The notes under the pieces are model-generated. The model was not told the origin of the DNA. It saw only the letters and a program-made list of their open reading frames with translations, and made no database searches. From Paraspadella gotoi (Eukaryota > Animalia > Chaetognatha), in assembly GCA_051294375.1 (NCBI GenBank), contig CM119268.1, positions 14,085,037 to 14,149,036 of the forward strand: 64,000 bases of DNA, in the 5' to 3' direction. A program made the position numbers and the translations under genes. Below, in pieces: positions 1 to 12,822 of this stretch (the stretch's first letter is position 1; the number at the start of each line of letters is the position of its first letter).

Positions 1-3
1 GTC

Positions 4-3000
4 ATGACTACGAAAATGTTTTCCGGTCCGCCTTACATCGCCTATTGCCTCACCGTGCTCATGCTCTGTAATCTGATGCTGCAAGTGAATCGTTTCGTGC
101 TTGCCATTGTCGCCAAGCCCCTCGCGCAAGAGTTGCACTTTGGTGACAAAGTCTGCATGTTAAATGTTTCCCACGTTCACCTCGTCCCAAACAAATCCGG
201 GGAGTTGGGAGAAGAACTTTGCGGAAAGCGGAACGTAAGTTTTAGAAGTCCTCGTTGTTTAAGTTGAACATGTAGCGACGGGGTTGGTACTTTTTCGTAG
301 TCGCGAGAAAAGCCGGTTACACCCTCTCGCTCTCTTTCTCTCTCTCTCTCGCTCTCTCTCTCATCTCAATTTTCCACAGCGTAAAAATATTCTGCTCATT
401 AAAATAAAATTAATATAAATTTGACATACAATTCCCAAACAGGAATCGACTTGTCAGACTCGCGATGGCCTCTGCGCCTACAACTATTTCGGCGGAGGCT
501 ACGATTACCAAATTCTCGTTGGCCCCGTCTACATCCTCGTCTTTACTTTTGGCGGAATCTTGTCGGGATTGATGGCAGACAGATTCGACCGACGATTCTT
601 ACTCGCCACCTTCCTGTCTCTTTGGTCGGCGGTGACGGTCTTGACGTCCATGGTCAACGAATACTGGCAGGTGTGTCTTGATAACAACGAAGGAAGTAGG
701 CGCCTACTACGCCTACTTCCTTCCTTGATAAAAAAAAAAGAATAAAAAGGCTCATTTTTATCGCTCTTTTTTTAAAAATCTGTATAAATTAAAATTTGCG
801 AACGTTTTCTATTTAATCAGCTCTTGGCTCTTCGCCTGGCGTTGGGGATCACTCAGTCGGGTTGCGCGCCCTTCGCCTCCTCGCTAATCGCTGATTGGGC
901 GCCTCCTTCATGGCGTGGCGCCGCCATGGCTTTTTTCGAGTTGGGCGTTTATACCGGATTTAGTCTGGCCTATGTTGTCGGCAACTTGGTCACTCACGCC
1001 AACTTTTTCGGGATGGGATGGCGTTGGGCTTTTGCCGTCGCCGGTGCTCCGGGTGAGTTTTTCATGCCTTAATTGTTCTCCGTCGCCGTTTACTCGAATA
1101 ACGAACTTTTTTCTAAATTTTTCTTCAGGTCTGATCCTTTCGTTGGTGATGTTGGCCACAGTGAGAGAACCAACGAGAGAAGGTTCTTTCCGACGAGACG
1201 CGAAAGAGATCGCTTCTCCGACTGTTACGGAGGAGACCGCACTCTCCCCTGTCACTAACGGTTAGTTATGATTTTGGACTTCGACTAACTAAAGCCTATT
1301 TCGCAATGGATCTGCTTTTTGCAGATTCCGACTCTATAATTCACTTTGTCGGTCCCACCCCAAAATCTTGTCGGTAAATAATTTTTATCATATCAGAACA
1401 TCGAATTACGATAAATTATGCAAAAAAAAAAATGTCCGTCCGTCTCTGTCTGAAGGTCCGTCCCAACTTTTCATTAAATTCCAATTACTCGTGATTGGAT
1501 GGAGGGATTGGAATAAAATTTTGTGTGTGGGTAGGAAAGTGTGTGATTGAGCTGGTAATAAAGTTTCGTTGGAATCGTGCGAGTGGAAATTAGTTTAAAT
1601 AGAAAAAACAAAAGTCATATTTACTGGAAGTATTTTTACTTATATTTACTCATAATTATTATATTGATTAAAAATTGGATAGATAAATTAAAATGAAATT
1701 TTGTGTGGGTAGAAAAGTATGTGATTTAGCTGGATATAATTTTTTGTGGAGTGGAAAAGTTTATATTAGAAAACCAAAAGACATATTTAAAAGTCAAACT
1801 TGGAATTAACGATTTAAGTACAATTCGTTAGGCTTAATATAAGGTTTAATACCATCGAATGAAGAAAATCAGTATTTTTAAAATTTTTGTGCATTACCCT
1901 ACCAAAAGGCACATTTATTTGAATTTTAAAAGTTTCCCTCTATCTCTCATTGATTGATTGACCAAATTATGCCAGTTGACCAAATTATGCCAGTTGATAA
2001 AATTATGCCAGTTGACCAAATTACAGAAGGCTTCGTATTATAAAATGAGGTGCCCGTTTTTTGTGACCAGAATCTGTTCCCACCAAACTACCCGATAGAA
2101 TTTCGTGAAATTTGACAGTCTTAATGAATAATGATGATATAAATTAAACTATCAAGGCAATTTTCAATATTTGTGCCATGATATGGGCCCCCGGAGGGGT
2201 CACCCATAGGGGCAAAAAATGATAAAAAACGTTTTTAAATTTTTAAAATTATTTTTGTTTTGAACAGTTGCACAGAAATTTACGTTTTTTTTTTTTGGCC
2301 CCCCAGGGGTCCAGTTCCAGGGCCCTGTATCTCTTGTCAGGGGTTAAATATCAAAATTTGCCTCAATATTTTCATTTGTATTCACTTAGGGATTGTTCAT
2401 ACCAAATTTCAATGAATTTGATCACATAGTTTTCTCGGAACATGTTCTGGTCACAAAAAAGAGGTACCTTATAATATGAAGCCTTCATTATGCCAGTTGA
2501 GCAAATTAAGCCAGTTGAGCAAATTATGCAAGTTGATCAAATTATGCAAATTGACCAAATTATGCAAAATTACCAAATTGGTATTGGCTCAGCTACTGGA
2601 AATGATTGATAGATCAATTGATTTATAGATTTTTTCATAGATTTATTAAGAAGTTTATGATTTGTTATGTTAAGATTTGTTATGATCTGTTAAGATCACA
2701 AATTGAAAGTCAGAAATTATTACCGTGATTAGCTTACTACCGCTTAATTATCGTAGGAAAATCCGACATTGTTTGCTCAAACTTGTTCATAATCCCTTTG
2801 TCTCAACTCAGCGCCCATGAATTCCAAGAAAAGAGAGGCGAACCGGACGGACTCCTTCGACGACTCCTTCGACGATTTTGACGACGACGTCGAATTCTCC
2901 GCCCGGCCTTCCTTGAGGGCGCAAGTGGCGCTTTTCTTCCGACCCGCCGTGTTGCTGCTCTTTCTCGCCAGCGCCATCAGGATGGGGGCCGGGCTTTGTT

Positions 3001-6000
3001 TTGCCTATAACAATCAGGTTGGTTCGATTCTATCTGGATTTTCTATACTATTCTGCCTTTTATTAAGAAAATCTATCACTGGGTCTCTTTACTCTCGGTT
3101 CGCTTGTAGCTGACAAAATTTGAGAAAGTCCAAACCATCTACCCGTTTCCGAATCTGTTGGTATGCTTCTACTTAAAATTACTCGATGCTGTGGCAGCAG
3201 TAAGCACCACGCTTTCACCTGGAAATGGTTACACTAGACGGACATACTAACATTCTAATTTCTATAACTAAAATTAAACGATTTATTAAATTAATGTAAA
3301 TACTAAATAGTATTGTTTTTTGCGGTTGTTGGTCAAATCAATTCCAGAGATTTTTACTCGGGGTTAATGCCATCTTTCCACAGTAGAGCGTAGTGAAAGT
3401 TACGTACAAAAATTCTAAAAGTCAATTATGAACAACATGCCTTCAGTGAACATTAATTTTTAAAAACAAATAATTTTGTATTATATATATATTATATTAT
3501 ATATATTTATATATTTATTTATAAAATCGAAAAATTTAAAAATAGTATGGCAGATTTGAATTCGTGGGTCAAAAGTTGATAAAAGAAATTATAAGTCATT
3601 TTTAAAAATTCTTTCATTAAGTGGGTTAAAAATTAAAAAAAACTATATTTAACATATAAAATTTTAATTTTCAGCTTGAAATATAGGTTTTTCTGATATT
3701 TGACCAACTTAATGAAAGAATTTTTAAAAAACAGTTATATTTCATTTTCATGACGAATCCAAATCTGTAAAAAATTTAAAAAAAAACTATTTTGAAATTT
3801 TAACATTTATAGGATTAGTACTATGTATAAATATGGCCTACTGCGTAAATTGTAAAATTTATAATAAAATTTTTTATACATGAATGTTCATTAGTATAAT
3901 GTTGTTCGTTTCTGACTTTTAGAATTTTAATTTAAGTTAAATTTAGAATTTTTACTATGCTTTATTCAACAGTATCTCTCTCCTCTGTAAAATTTGTTAC
4001 GAAAAAGTTTCTAAAGCCTTAAACGTGTTTTCCATGATTGGATAAAGCCGAAAGGATATTTCGGTTCTTTGCATTTCTAATGAACAAGTTTGAGCAAACA
4101 ATGTCGTATCTGCCTACAATAATTAAGCGGTAATAAGCTAATCAGATGATAAATCACGATAATTCTTTCAATTTGTGATCCTAACTGATCATATCATAGA
4201 GTACCATACCAAACCGGTGGCTGCACCAATACATGTTAATCGCTTACAACGGATTAAACTGAACAGTTACTATAGCAGAAATAATTACAAATAAAGTACA
4301 AATATTTTTTTAACTATAATTTTTTTTCAACACGCATCATTTTTTCAACTTGCATCATTTTTTTCAAATAGTATCAGTTTTTCACTTTAATTAATTAAAA
4401 CATTTATGAGTAAGCATAAATAATAAAAATTCTAGTCAACTTGACTTCGGTTTTTTCTGTGCCAACCCATTTTCACTCCTCGATTCCATTGAAACTTTAT
4501 ATCCTACTCAATAACACACTTTCCTACCCACACACAATTTCTATCTATTTTTATCCATCCAAATATGATTAAAAGGAGTAATTAACTAATTATGCAAGCG
4601 AAATCGCGAAGGAAATTTGAAAACATTGACCAAAAGAAAATTCTACTTTAAAAAGGAAAAGTTAAGAGAATGATTTTATAAAGAAAAGTCAAAATATACT
4701 TAAAAATAAAATAAAAAATTGCCTATGCCATGCTATGGTTGAGTAGGAGAATGGATCTCTTTGTTTAACCTGTTTTAGAAATTTTTTTTATAATTCAGTA
4801 TGCTTATCTAAAATCTAAAAGGAGATTTGTATCCGAATCCAAAGAAGCGGAAGTTTCGATGTAAATTTTTTTTTCATTTGTACTTGTTTATCAGCCGAAT
4901 CAGTTGAAATATGACATCACGGAATGTTATAAATAAAATAACTCGCTTTTCAGTGTTTGCGTCAGAGATAGGAACTGGTGAATTAAAATACATAAAGTAG
5001 CTCAGTTCGGTTTCAAAAGGTGCTTTAATCTATAACGAGATACGTATTTCTTTTTTTATGTTACAACTTAATAAACCCCTCTCATTTTTCAGATATACTT
5101 CCATCTCATTGGTCAGTCCTACACCGACATAGCGCATTGGATGTCTTGGGTTCCTGCTACTTCGGGATCGCTTGGTTGCATTCTTGGAGGTATTATCTCC
5201 GATAGACTGGTTCCGAAAATCGGCGTCGTCGGAAGGATCTTGGTTATCATCTTCTCTCTCGTCATTGCCACACCTTTTGCAGGTTTTTTTTTATATTGGG
5301 CTTTAAAAATATACAATGTATATGTAGACCTAAGATTTTTAACTATAGTTTTCATTTCATTTTTTTACCAGTCGGGGTGTTCTTCCTTCCGGTTCCATAC
5401 TGCTATCTTTCCTTAATCGGCAACTACATGGTTGGTGAGATGTGGATCGGTGTCTGCCTTTCCGCCGTTATTGACGTGTTTCCCTCTCGCCTTCGCGGCG
5501 TCGCCGTCGCTGTTTATATCTTCGTCGTTCTCAACGTCGGCGGAAATATGGAATTGGTCATCCCGCCGTTGCGAGCTCACTTCCGGGACTCGTGGGGCAT
5601 GAACGAGGCGGAGGCGCTTAAAATGGCGCTGACCATAACCTATCCTGGCATGTTTGTGGCGGCGGCGCTGGTGTTCATAGCGGCGCTAATCCTGTTTCGA
5701 TGCACGGATCAAGCGTCGTATCCCGAGTGGAAGGAAAGGTGAGAGGCAACTTCCTTTGACAGTTTCCCCCGCCATCTTCCGTATATTGTAGGAACCGCTT
5801 CTTTTTTTAGATTTTGGTATAGCAAACCTCGCATCAGCAACCCCATGGGTGGCAGTCGGCTTCTTGGTGTAGACCCTGACGGGCGCCGTGTGTTGACAAC
5901 TTCCGACTTGGCCGAGGTTCCTGTCGTCGATTTAGACAGACAGACGGACAATGTGGACGGAACGATGGAAAGAAGGCGCTCGTCAAAAAGACTCGGCGAA

Positions 6001-7452
6001 TATGCGGAAATCAACGCCGAAGAGCTGGATCCGTCTCCTTTTGCGTCTAAGAGAGATTCCGTGCGAGATCTTCGAAGGTAATTTTTTGGAGACTGTTTCT
6101 ATTTGATTTAGTACATTCATCTTTTCTGTCACCCTTCAGATCTTCATCTTCGCCACGCAGACCGTCGTCTCTCGCTCGAAAGGACTCGGTTTACGCCGAC
6201 ATCGATTTTTCTAAGATGGACGCCGAAAACGACGCGGGCTTCAGCGAGCGACCCTATTTCCGGCGGCCTTCCACGCGCTTGGGATCTACGTCAACAATGC
6301 CGCGGGGAACGTCTCTTTCTGGCGGCGCGACTCTGCCACGTTCTGTCCACTACGCTCGAGTTGTGTCTCAAACCGACGAAGCGGACTTCGAAGGCGAAGA
6401 CGTGATTCTCGTTCCGCCGGCCTCAGCCACTCCTTCGGCGAGCGAGGCAGAAGGTTTTAATTTCGACGTCAAGCGTCAGTCCTCCAAGTAATTGTGCATT
6501 TTCTAAACAATAAAAAAGGCTGTGATTAAATGTATCTGTTGAACACTTTCTATAATAAGTAGAAAACATTGTTGGGGGAAATTGGAACACACCCCTTATA
6601 CTCTTTCTAACTGCAATATCCTGAAAATTTTTTTTTCTCATCAGGCCTCCATTGGACAATGAAGATTACTACCTTCAGCCAGTGCCTTCCATGGAATCCC
6701 TGGACCCTCTTCCCGTCGTTCCTCCCAAACCGCGTAATTCGGCCTTCCGATCTCTTGACAGACGCAAGATTCCGCGACCTATAGGTCCCCCACCTCCGCC
6801 CATGCCTCCCGAAACATCGTGTCTTCCACTGCCTGAGTCTACAACGACTCCCTCGGCGCCGGCGCCTCCTCTGCCGCCGGTTGGTGACAATCGACGTAAG
6901 AAGTCAACTTCGGACGCCTCCCAGTCTCTGAGACGAATACCGAGCAACTCCTCGGGCCCTCCGCTCTTGGGGCGGCCCTCGTCCATCCATTCCAACAAGT
7001 CCAATTCCAGCGATACGAACAATGGTAACAAACACGTCGCTCCCGCGGTGTCTATTCGCCCGCAAATCGCGCCTCTTCCGAAACCTATCTCCGTGACTTC
7101 GCGTCCACGCAGCGTTGACATGCTCGAGTCTTTAGATCGCGCCCCCAAAACGCCACCGACCCCTGATCTGAGCTTCGCATACCTTCTTCCGAACATTGTG
7201 GCCTCTCCGCCGCAAACCTCGCCTCCGCGGCCTCTATCAGTCGAAATGTCGCCTTTGAATCGGAATATTTCTTTTGACACTTTTCCCTCCACCGGATTTT
7301 CGACGTTTCGAAGAAACAGTGAGCAACGAAATCAACAATCAGACAATCACTACGACAACAACGCCAATCAAGCCTTCGGTGGGGGTGGCACTATGAATCG
7401 AAGAAAGAACATTGGGCCTTTACAAGCACCCCCATCGATTCCTCGTATCTAA
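4..7452 (+). CDS. Major facilitator superfamily transporter (spinster-like/MFS_1), ~10 exons, with long disordered C-terminal tail
   Basis: Approximate GT-AG exons: 4-234, 443-670, 821-1052, 1129-1260, 2812-3017, 5093-5282, 5371-5739, 5811-6077, 6140-6487, 6645-7452. MFS motif A-like G-LMADRFDRR and GGIISDR, R-x-x-L-G in TM4, SLIADW, WRWAF. Reading phase was checked across the last junctions. Confidence 0.85.
1960..2580 (+). repeat. ~19-nt minisatellite (aaattatgccagttgacc-like), split by a MITE
   Basis: Tandem units visible at about 1960-2022 and 2487-2580. Confidence 0.8.
2026..2486. mobile_element. MITE with ~50-bp imperfect terminal inverted repeats, nested in the minisatellite
   Basis: Left end gaaggcttcgtattataa...tttttgtgaccagaatctgttcc; right end ggaacatgttctggtcacaaaaaa...ttataatatgaagccttc. 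Confidence 0.7.
3400..3935. mobile_element. AT-rich fold-back/MITE-like element
   Basis: Nested inverted repeats: aaaattctaaaagtca..gaacaacat (about 3410-3438) vs atgttgttc..tgacttttagaatttt (about 3899-3928), and tttaaaaattctttcattaagt (about 3601) vs acttaatgaaagaatttttaaa (about 3707). Confidence 0.55.
4083..4570 (-). mobile_element. Partial inverted copy of the Helitron/DINE-like element
   Basis: aacaagtttgagcaaacaatgtcg..taattaagcggta..aagctaatca is the reverse complement of 2725-2787; acacactttcctacccacacaca (about 4514) mirrors 1520-1545. Confidence 0.55.
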
Positions 7453-7881
7453 GGTCTTCGTCTCACCGACGACCAAAAGCGTATTGTCAATCTCTACTTT
7501 ACTTCAGTTGTATTTTATCTCTCTCAGACATAGTATTTTCACAAAACGTTGTCTATTATACCCCAGGATTCGCGCGCGCTTTTTTCGCCTTACACTCACC
7601 GTATGATTTGTGACGGGATCAGTTTTCCATTTATATAAAAATCGACTCTTGTTGAAGATTGTTTTACTTTATACGTACGATGCGATTTTTAATTTGATAT
7701 ATAAGTCATGGATTTGGATATATTTTTAAATTTTTATGAAATGCCCTTTAATTTGATGTCGGTGTATTTAAACATTTTTCATTTTTATGAATAATAGGAT
7801 AAGTTGTTTTGATTCTTTAACTAATATATATATATATATTGAGATCTGTTTTGTTTGATTACCTTACTTTTAAAGTCTATA

Positions 7882-8796
7882 CACTGAGTCGCAAAAAAAA
7901 GAAGATGCTTATTTCACACCGAAAAGACTATATTGGATGGATGAATTTCACTGAGATATAAAAACATAAAACAAAGCTTATTGAAAGATAAAGCGATTGG
8001 TCCAGGTCCCATTAAAATCGATCAAAGTTATAAAATTTCAAAGTCGATTGGTACAAAACATCTGACGTGAATATATTAATTTTAATCTAAAAGAGTTTAA
8101 TTTTTCCTTATTGTAATATATTTATATGAAATTAGCTGAACAAATTCAGCATCAAATATCTGTAAGGATAAGTGTCAACCATTTTAAACCAAAATCAAAT
8201 TAAAATAAGTAGGGAAATTATATAGAAAAACAATCTTTTAAAAATAAAGAAAAAGCAGTTGAGTGATAACTTACCAAAGGTTAATTTCAAAGATTTTTTT
8301 TCCTTATGGCATCTCGTGTTAAAGCAGACTAATATAAACTCTTACGATTATATTAAATTTTTTTTTTTTTAATTTTTATCATGAAATTGTTTTGATTTTG
8401 AAATAATTTTTAAAAAAATTATTTTCAATTTTTATTATTAAAATGTTATATTTGGCAACAATTTAAAAATATTTTATATAAAAGTTATACAAATTTATTG
8501 CCAACCCTTTTATATGTTTAATTCCATTATGATTTTGTAAATATTGTAAATATCAGTCAGAAAAAGAAGTTTCATCAATACTAACCTTTGGAAATCACTT
8601 TTTCCTAATTTTATTTTGAGACTCTGACTTTAAAGTCTTGCTATATTCTACCGATTGAACCGATTCAAATTTTTCTTGCACCAATCGACAGCTCTTTAAA
8701 AGCGCTCTACTTTTCATATATATATTTTTAAAATTAAAAAAGAAATAGTGGTGTTTTTAAAGCTACCTCGTGTCTTCTTTTTTTTGTGCCGCAGTG
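7882..8796. mobile_element. Tc1/mariner-type MITE (CACTG...CAGTG ends, TA target duplication)
   Basis: ta|cactgagtcgcaaaaaaaagaaga ... tcttcttttttttgtgccgcagtg|ta, with internal inverted sub-repeats and no ORF. Confidence 0.65.
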
Positions 8797-10301
8797 TATA
8801 ATACTTTTACTTCAGCCTTAGGTAAGAAAGCTAATTGGTCCTCTTACACTTACACGTAAGAAAAATACTTCAAATTTGATGCCATTTCGTGAAATACAAT
8901 TAATGAAACCGCATTTTATTCGTATCTACATTTTGTGATTAATATTCTTTGTGTAGCCAGCTATAAAAAGTATAATGTTGTAACCAAAGTTAACAAACTT
9001 AAAGTTAAACTGGCCTCTTCACTTTGCATAGATAATTTATGGTGTTTTTATTTTGTTTCTGATTTGTTAGTCCAGCACATGAAGGTATTAGGAAAATATA
9101 TTTTTTTACAAATAAATAAATTTTTGTTTTGAGATAGATGTGAATATAGAATTCCATCAGAATATGAATTTAGGGAAAATACTACATAGTTATTTTTAAC
9201 ACTTTTGATATTAATAATACACACTTATATACACTAATTATTTTGCTTGTTTCAGAGTTATTGTAAAAATTTTATTTAAAAATTTTTTTTATTTTATTTT
9301 CTCATTTTATTTTCTCATTTTATTTTAGTTTATTCTATTTCTTATTCTATATCTTGATCAAAGCATTTTCATCATATATCATAACAAAAATAATATTTTG
9401 ATTTATAAAATAATTTTATAAGTATCAAAATATTATTAGTGCTTCAGTAATACTTCAGTTTAAGACTTTGAAAGTGATTAACATTTATTGGCGCAGCCAC
9501 TGGTGATTATGGTAGGAGATTTAGTTGTCGATAAGGAATTGAATTGGTCTTTACAACAATGTCACTAATTACTATTGATTACGTTTAATATTGTGTAATC
9601 GTCTGTTTTTTAAACTAATAGCTAAAATTAAAGCTAATATGTTGAATGTAAAGTAAAAAATATTTCCTTTCAAGCATTAACTTTTTTTTGAAGGCGTTTC
9701 CGTTTTTGTAAAGCGTAAATAAAGAAGCGTAATACTAATAAAGAAGATATTCCCCGAGTGTCATTTTGTTTCGGTTGTCCTCTCGAGTCGCAGTCTCCTC
9801 CTCCGCCTGGCGGATCCCTCCTTCAAACTCCCTTCATCCGTTTTTTAAAACTCAACCATGGCCGCCGCTGCACGCGCTCTCTTCGCGGGAACGCACTCAT
9901 CGGACCCCCAGGCGCGTTCGGACGAAACCCGCGTTTCGACACGAACTTCTCCACTTGACGCGACCGCGGTTTTTTACGTTTGTTGACGGAGCCGACAGTT
10001 TTCGGTTCGTCCGAAGCTCGATCTCCTATCAAATAAACAAAGAAAAATTCGACGTATTTGCTTCTCTCACTGTTTTTCTTTTTTTCACCCGTTCATCCAC
10101 AGGTGGTTGGCACCGAAGAGGCAGGCGTGAGGACGTCAATATCGCGAAGCCTTCGTTAATAAGAAAACGGAGTCGCTGGGTTCCGCCGGGTCGCGTCCTG
10201 GGAAACGGTTCGAGAACATTCGCACCTCTTGGCTTCCACTTTCGAATTGACCACGCTGGTTTGTTTTTTTCGCTCTAATCTCGGAATCGTTTAAAAAGCG
10301 C

Positions 10302-11750
10302 ATGGCCGCCGACTATCCATCCGCGACTTGCGAAACCTTTGTCATCGCGCCACCGCGAAGTCGACATCCTCTCTCGATGCCGTCAAACTCCGACTCCTCA
10401 AAAGGCTTTAACGTCGCGGTGTCAGCGACGCTTCCGCCAATGACGTCCATGCCTAATCGTCTCTCTTCGGGAAAGCCGGTTCAGCCGACGGCGTCGCCGA
10501 GTCAGTCCTCGCAGCCTCTGCTCAAGGCCTCCATCGGGCCCTTACAGCAGATGGTGTCGTCGTGTTCGGGGGCCTTGGTCACGTCGACGCTGATGACGCC
10601 CTTCGACGTGGTCAAGATCCGCGTCCAAGCCTCCGCTGCTTCTGAGACCAAGTGCCCTCGTTGCGCCGTCTATTTCAACGGCCTCATGGATCACGTGTGT
10701 CCGCCTAACTGCAAACCCTTGGCCCCACCTCCGTGGTACAAACTCAACGGAGCGTCCGGGGCTCCGGGCGCTTTTCGTTCCTTGACGAGGATCGTGCAAC
10801 ACGAGGGTCCGTTGGTATTGTGGAGCGGACTGCCGCCCACGCTGCTGATGGCCGTGCCCTCCACTGTCATCTACTTCACCGCCTACGATAACCTGAAATC
10901 CCTTTTGGGTTTCGAGGCACCCCCGCCTGGGGTCTTCGATCGACGGATGCTCGTACCGTTTTTCTCCGGAGCCGGCGCCCGACTCGCCGCCGTCAGTGTC
11001 ATTTCGCCGCTAGGTAAGTTTTCATATAAAATAGTTTTTCTTCCACTTGCTCCAGCAGCTTGAGTAGTGTTGTTAATTATAAAGAGGATAAAATTAAAAC
11101 ATAAAAATGTTAGGGGTTAATTTCTCCTTTTGATTATATTAACTTATTTAGACGAAATTCAAAGTTGGCGTGAATCTAATCTAATCGATACCTCCCTTTT
11201 TTGTCCCACAGAACTCATCCGCACAAAAATGCAGTCGCAGAAACTAAGCTACACCCAAGTCGGGACCGCCGTCCGGGAGGCGGTCGCTCTTGGCGGTCTC
11301 CGTTCACTCTGGTCCGGATGGGTTCCCAGCGTTTTACGGGACGTTCCTTTTTCCGCTTTGTACTTTTGCGGCTACGAACTTTTCAAAATCCATTACACGT
11401 CGGCGCTGGCCGTCGATCTCTCCGCCGAGAACGACGCCGGCATCATGAAGGTCAACTTCCTCTCGGGCGCGTCCTCCGCCTTCTTTGCCACCGTGCTGAC
11501 GCAACCCTTCGACGTCCTCAAGACGCGCATCCAGATCAAGCTCGGTAACGCCGGTTTCGGTGCCGTCGCCACCGAGACCACTTGGCAGCGCGCGTCGGAA
11601 ATTGTACGTCGACAGGGCCTGGCCGGTCTCTACGCCGGACTCGTGCCCCGACTCGTCAAGATCATCCCCGCATGCGCGATAATGATAACGTCCTACGAGT
11701 ACTTCAAGGAGGTCTTCGCTGCTCGAAATGCTCGTCGAGGGCTGTCCTAA
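10302..11750 (+). CDS. SLC25A39/40: Mitochondrial carrier SLC25A39/SLC25A40 family (glutathione transporter), 2 exons (10302-11013, 11212-11750)
   Basis: Three carrier signatures PFDVVKIR, PLELIRTKMQ and PFDVLKTR; family motifs QQMVSSCSGA, CxxYxNGLMDHxC, LWSGLPPTL..AVPSTVIYF, RDVPFSALY, PACAIMITSYE. Confidence 0.93.
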
Positions 11751-12822
11751 TGATCACGTTGCGGGTTTTGGACGCGAGAATGTCTTGCGAGAAAAACCGA
11801 TTCGTTGACGCCCAGCCTATGGACTGTGGTTACGTCGTGCGAAAGAATCGTGAAATATTTATCGTAGTGAAAATCGTTAGATGGGTTGAAAAGTAGATAA
11901 ATTTCAGTATTCGTGTCATTCTGTTTATCGAGGGTGTTAATTTTTGTTTCCAGCCTGGTGGAAGTGTCTCTGCTTGCTCTCCTGATTAGTTTGGTTATCT
12001 TGAACCTCAAATATCATACATAGTTTTTTATGTTTTTAATATTTTTTTAAACGGTGTGAATTTTTTTATAGGTAATAAATATTCTAGGTTTTCAGATTAT
12101 CTATATATTGTGAACCCTTGGTATGGGCAAGGTCTAAAACTTTTCAAAATATGCAAATATATTTATTTATTTTATCTCTTTAGTGAAAATAGCTGGGAAA
12201 TAGTTTTACAGTTTTGGTTTTTACAGTAAAATACTTAAAAGCAAAAATATTTTAATTTATTTATATATTTTGGGTGAGCCAAGAACACGTAATCGTAGAA
12301 AAATATTTTATTCATTAAAAATTAAAGAATTTAACTATCTAAATTGAATGGAGAACCAAGTGCAATAAAGAAAGTAGGTGACAAGGAGTAAGTAACAAAA
12401 AAGAGGGAAAAAAATATCTTGAAAATTTTATTGATTCTATTCGATTCTTTTTACTCGCTGAAAAAATCCGATCGGTTTCATAACAAAAGATAGTCATTCC
12501 CATGATTTCGGAACGGTTATTCCAATCATATTTAATTTAATCTGTGATAAGTCGCATTATCGAGATGAAGACGGCCCTATTTATTTCTTTGCTCAACTGT
12601 CCCATTGATGACGATTAACGTTGTAGTTAATACGTTACATGCTTTTGGCGCAGTTATATTTATAAAATCATCAGCGAATGAATCTATACTGGATTTTAAC
12701 GACTTTTCGAAAGGATGTGACGCCGAAAGAATCGAACGAACTTACTCTCTTCGGACGCTGTTTCTTCATTTCGTATTTTCCGCGCCCCGCCTACTTATAA
12801 AGACCTTACAAGGGCACGAGCC

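Larger units (their letters stand above)
1308..2787 (+). mobile_element. Non-autonomous Helitron/Helentron (DINE-1/HINE-like) interspersed element in MFS intron
   Basis: Starts with hairpin ggatctgc-tttt-gcagattcc, has a GTCC/GTCT microsatellite core and ends tttgctcaaacttgtt. The same head and tail recur at 18055-19335 and 26945-27487, and the tail recurs inverted at 4083. Family assignment is inferred from architecture. Confidence 0.55.

Noticed and set aside
1960-2580. Regularly spaced short repeats resembling a CRISPR array
   Set aside because: Units are tandem without unique spacers, in a eukaryotic intron, with no cas genes.
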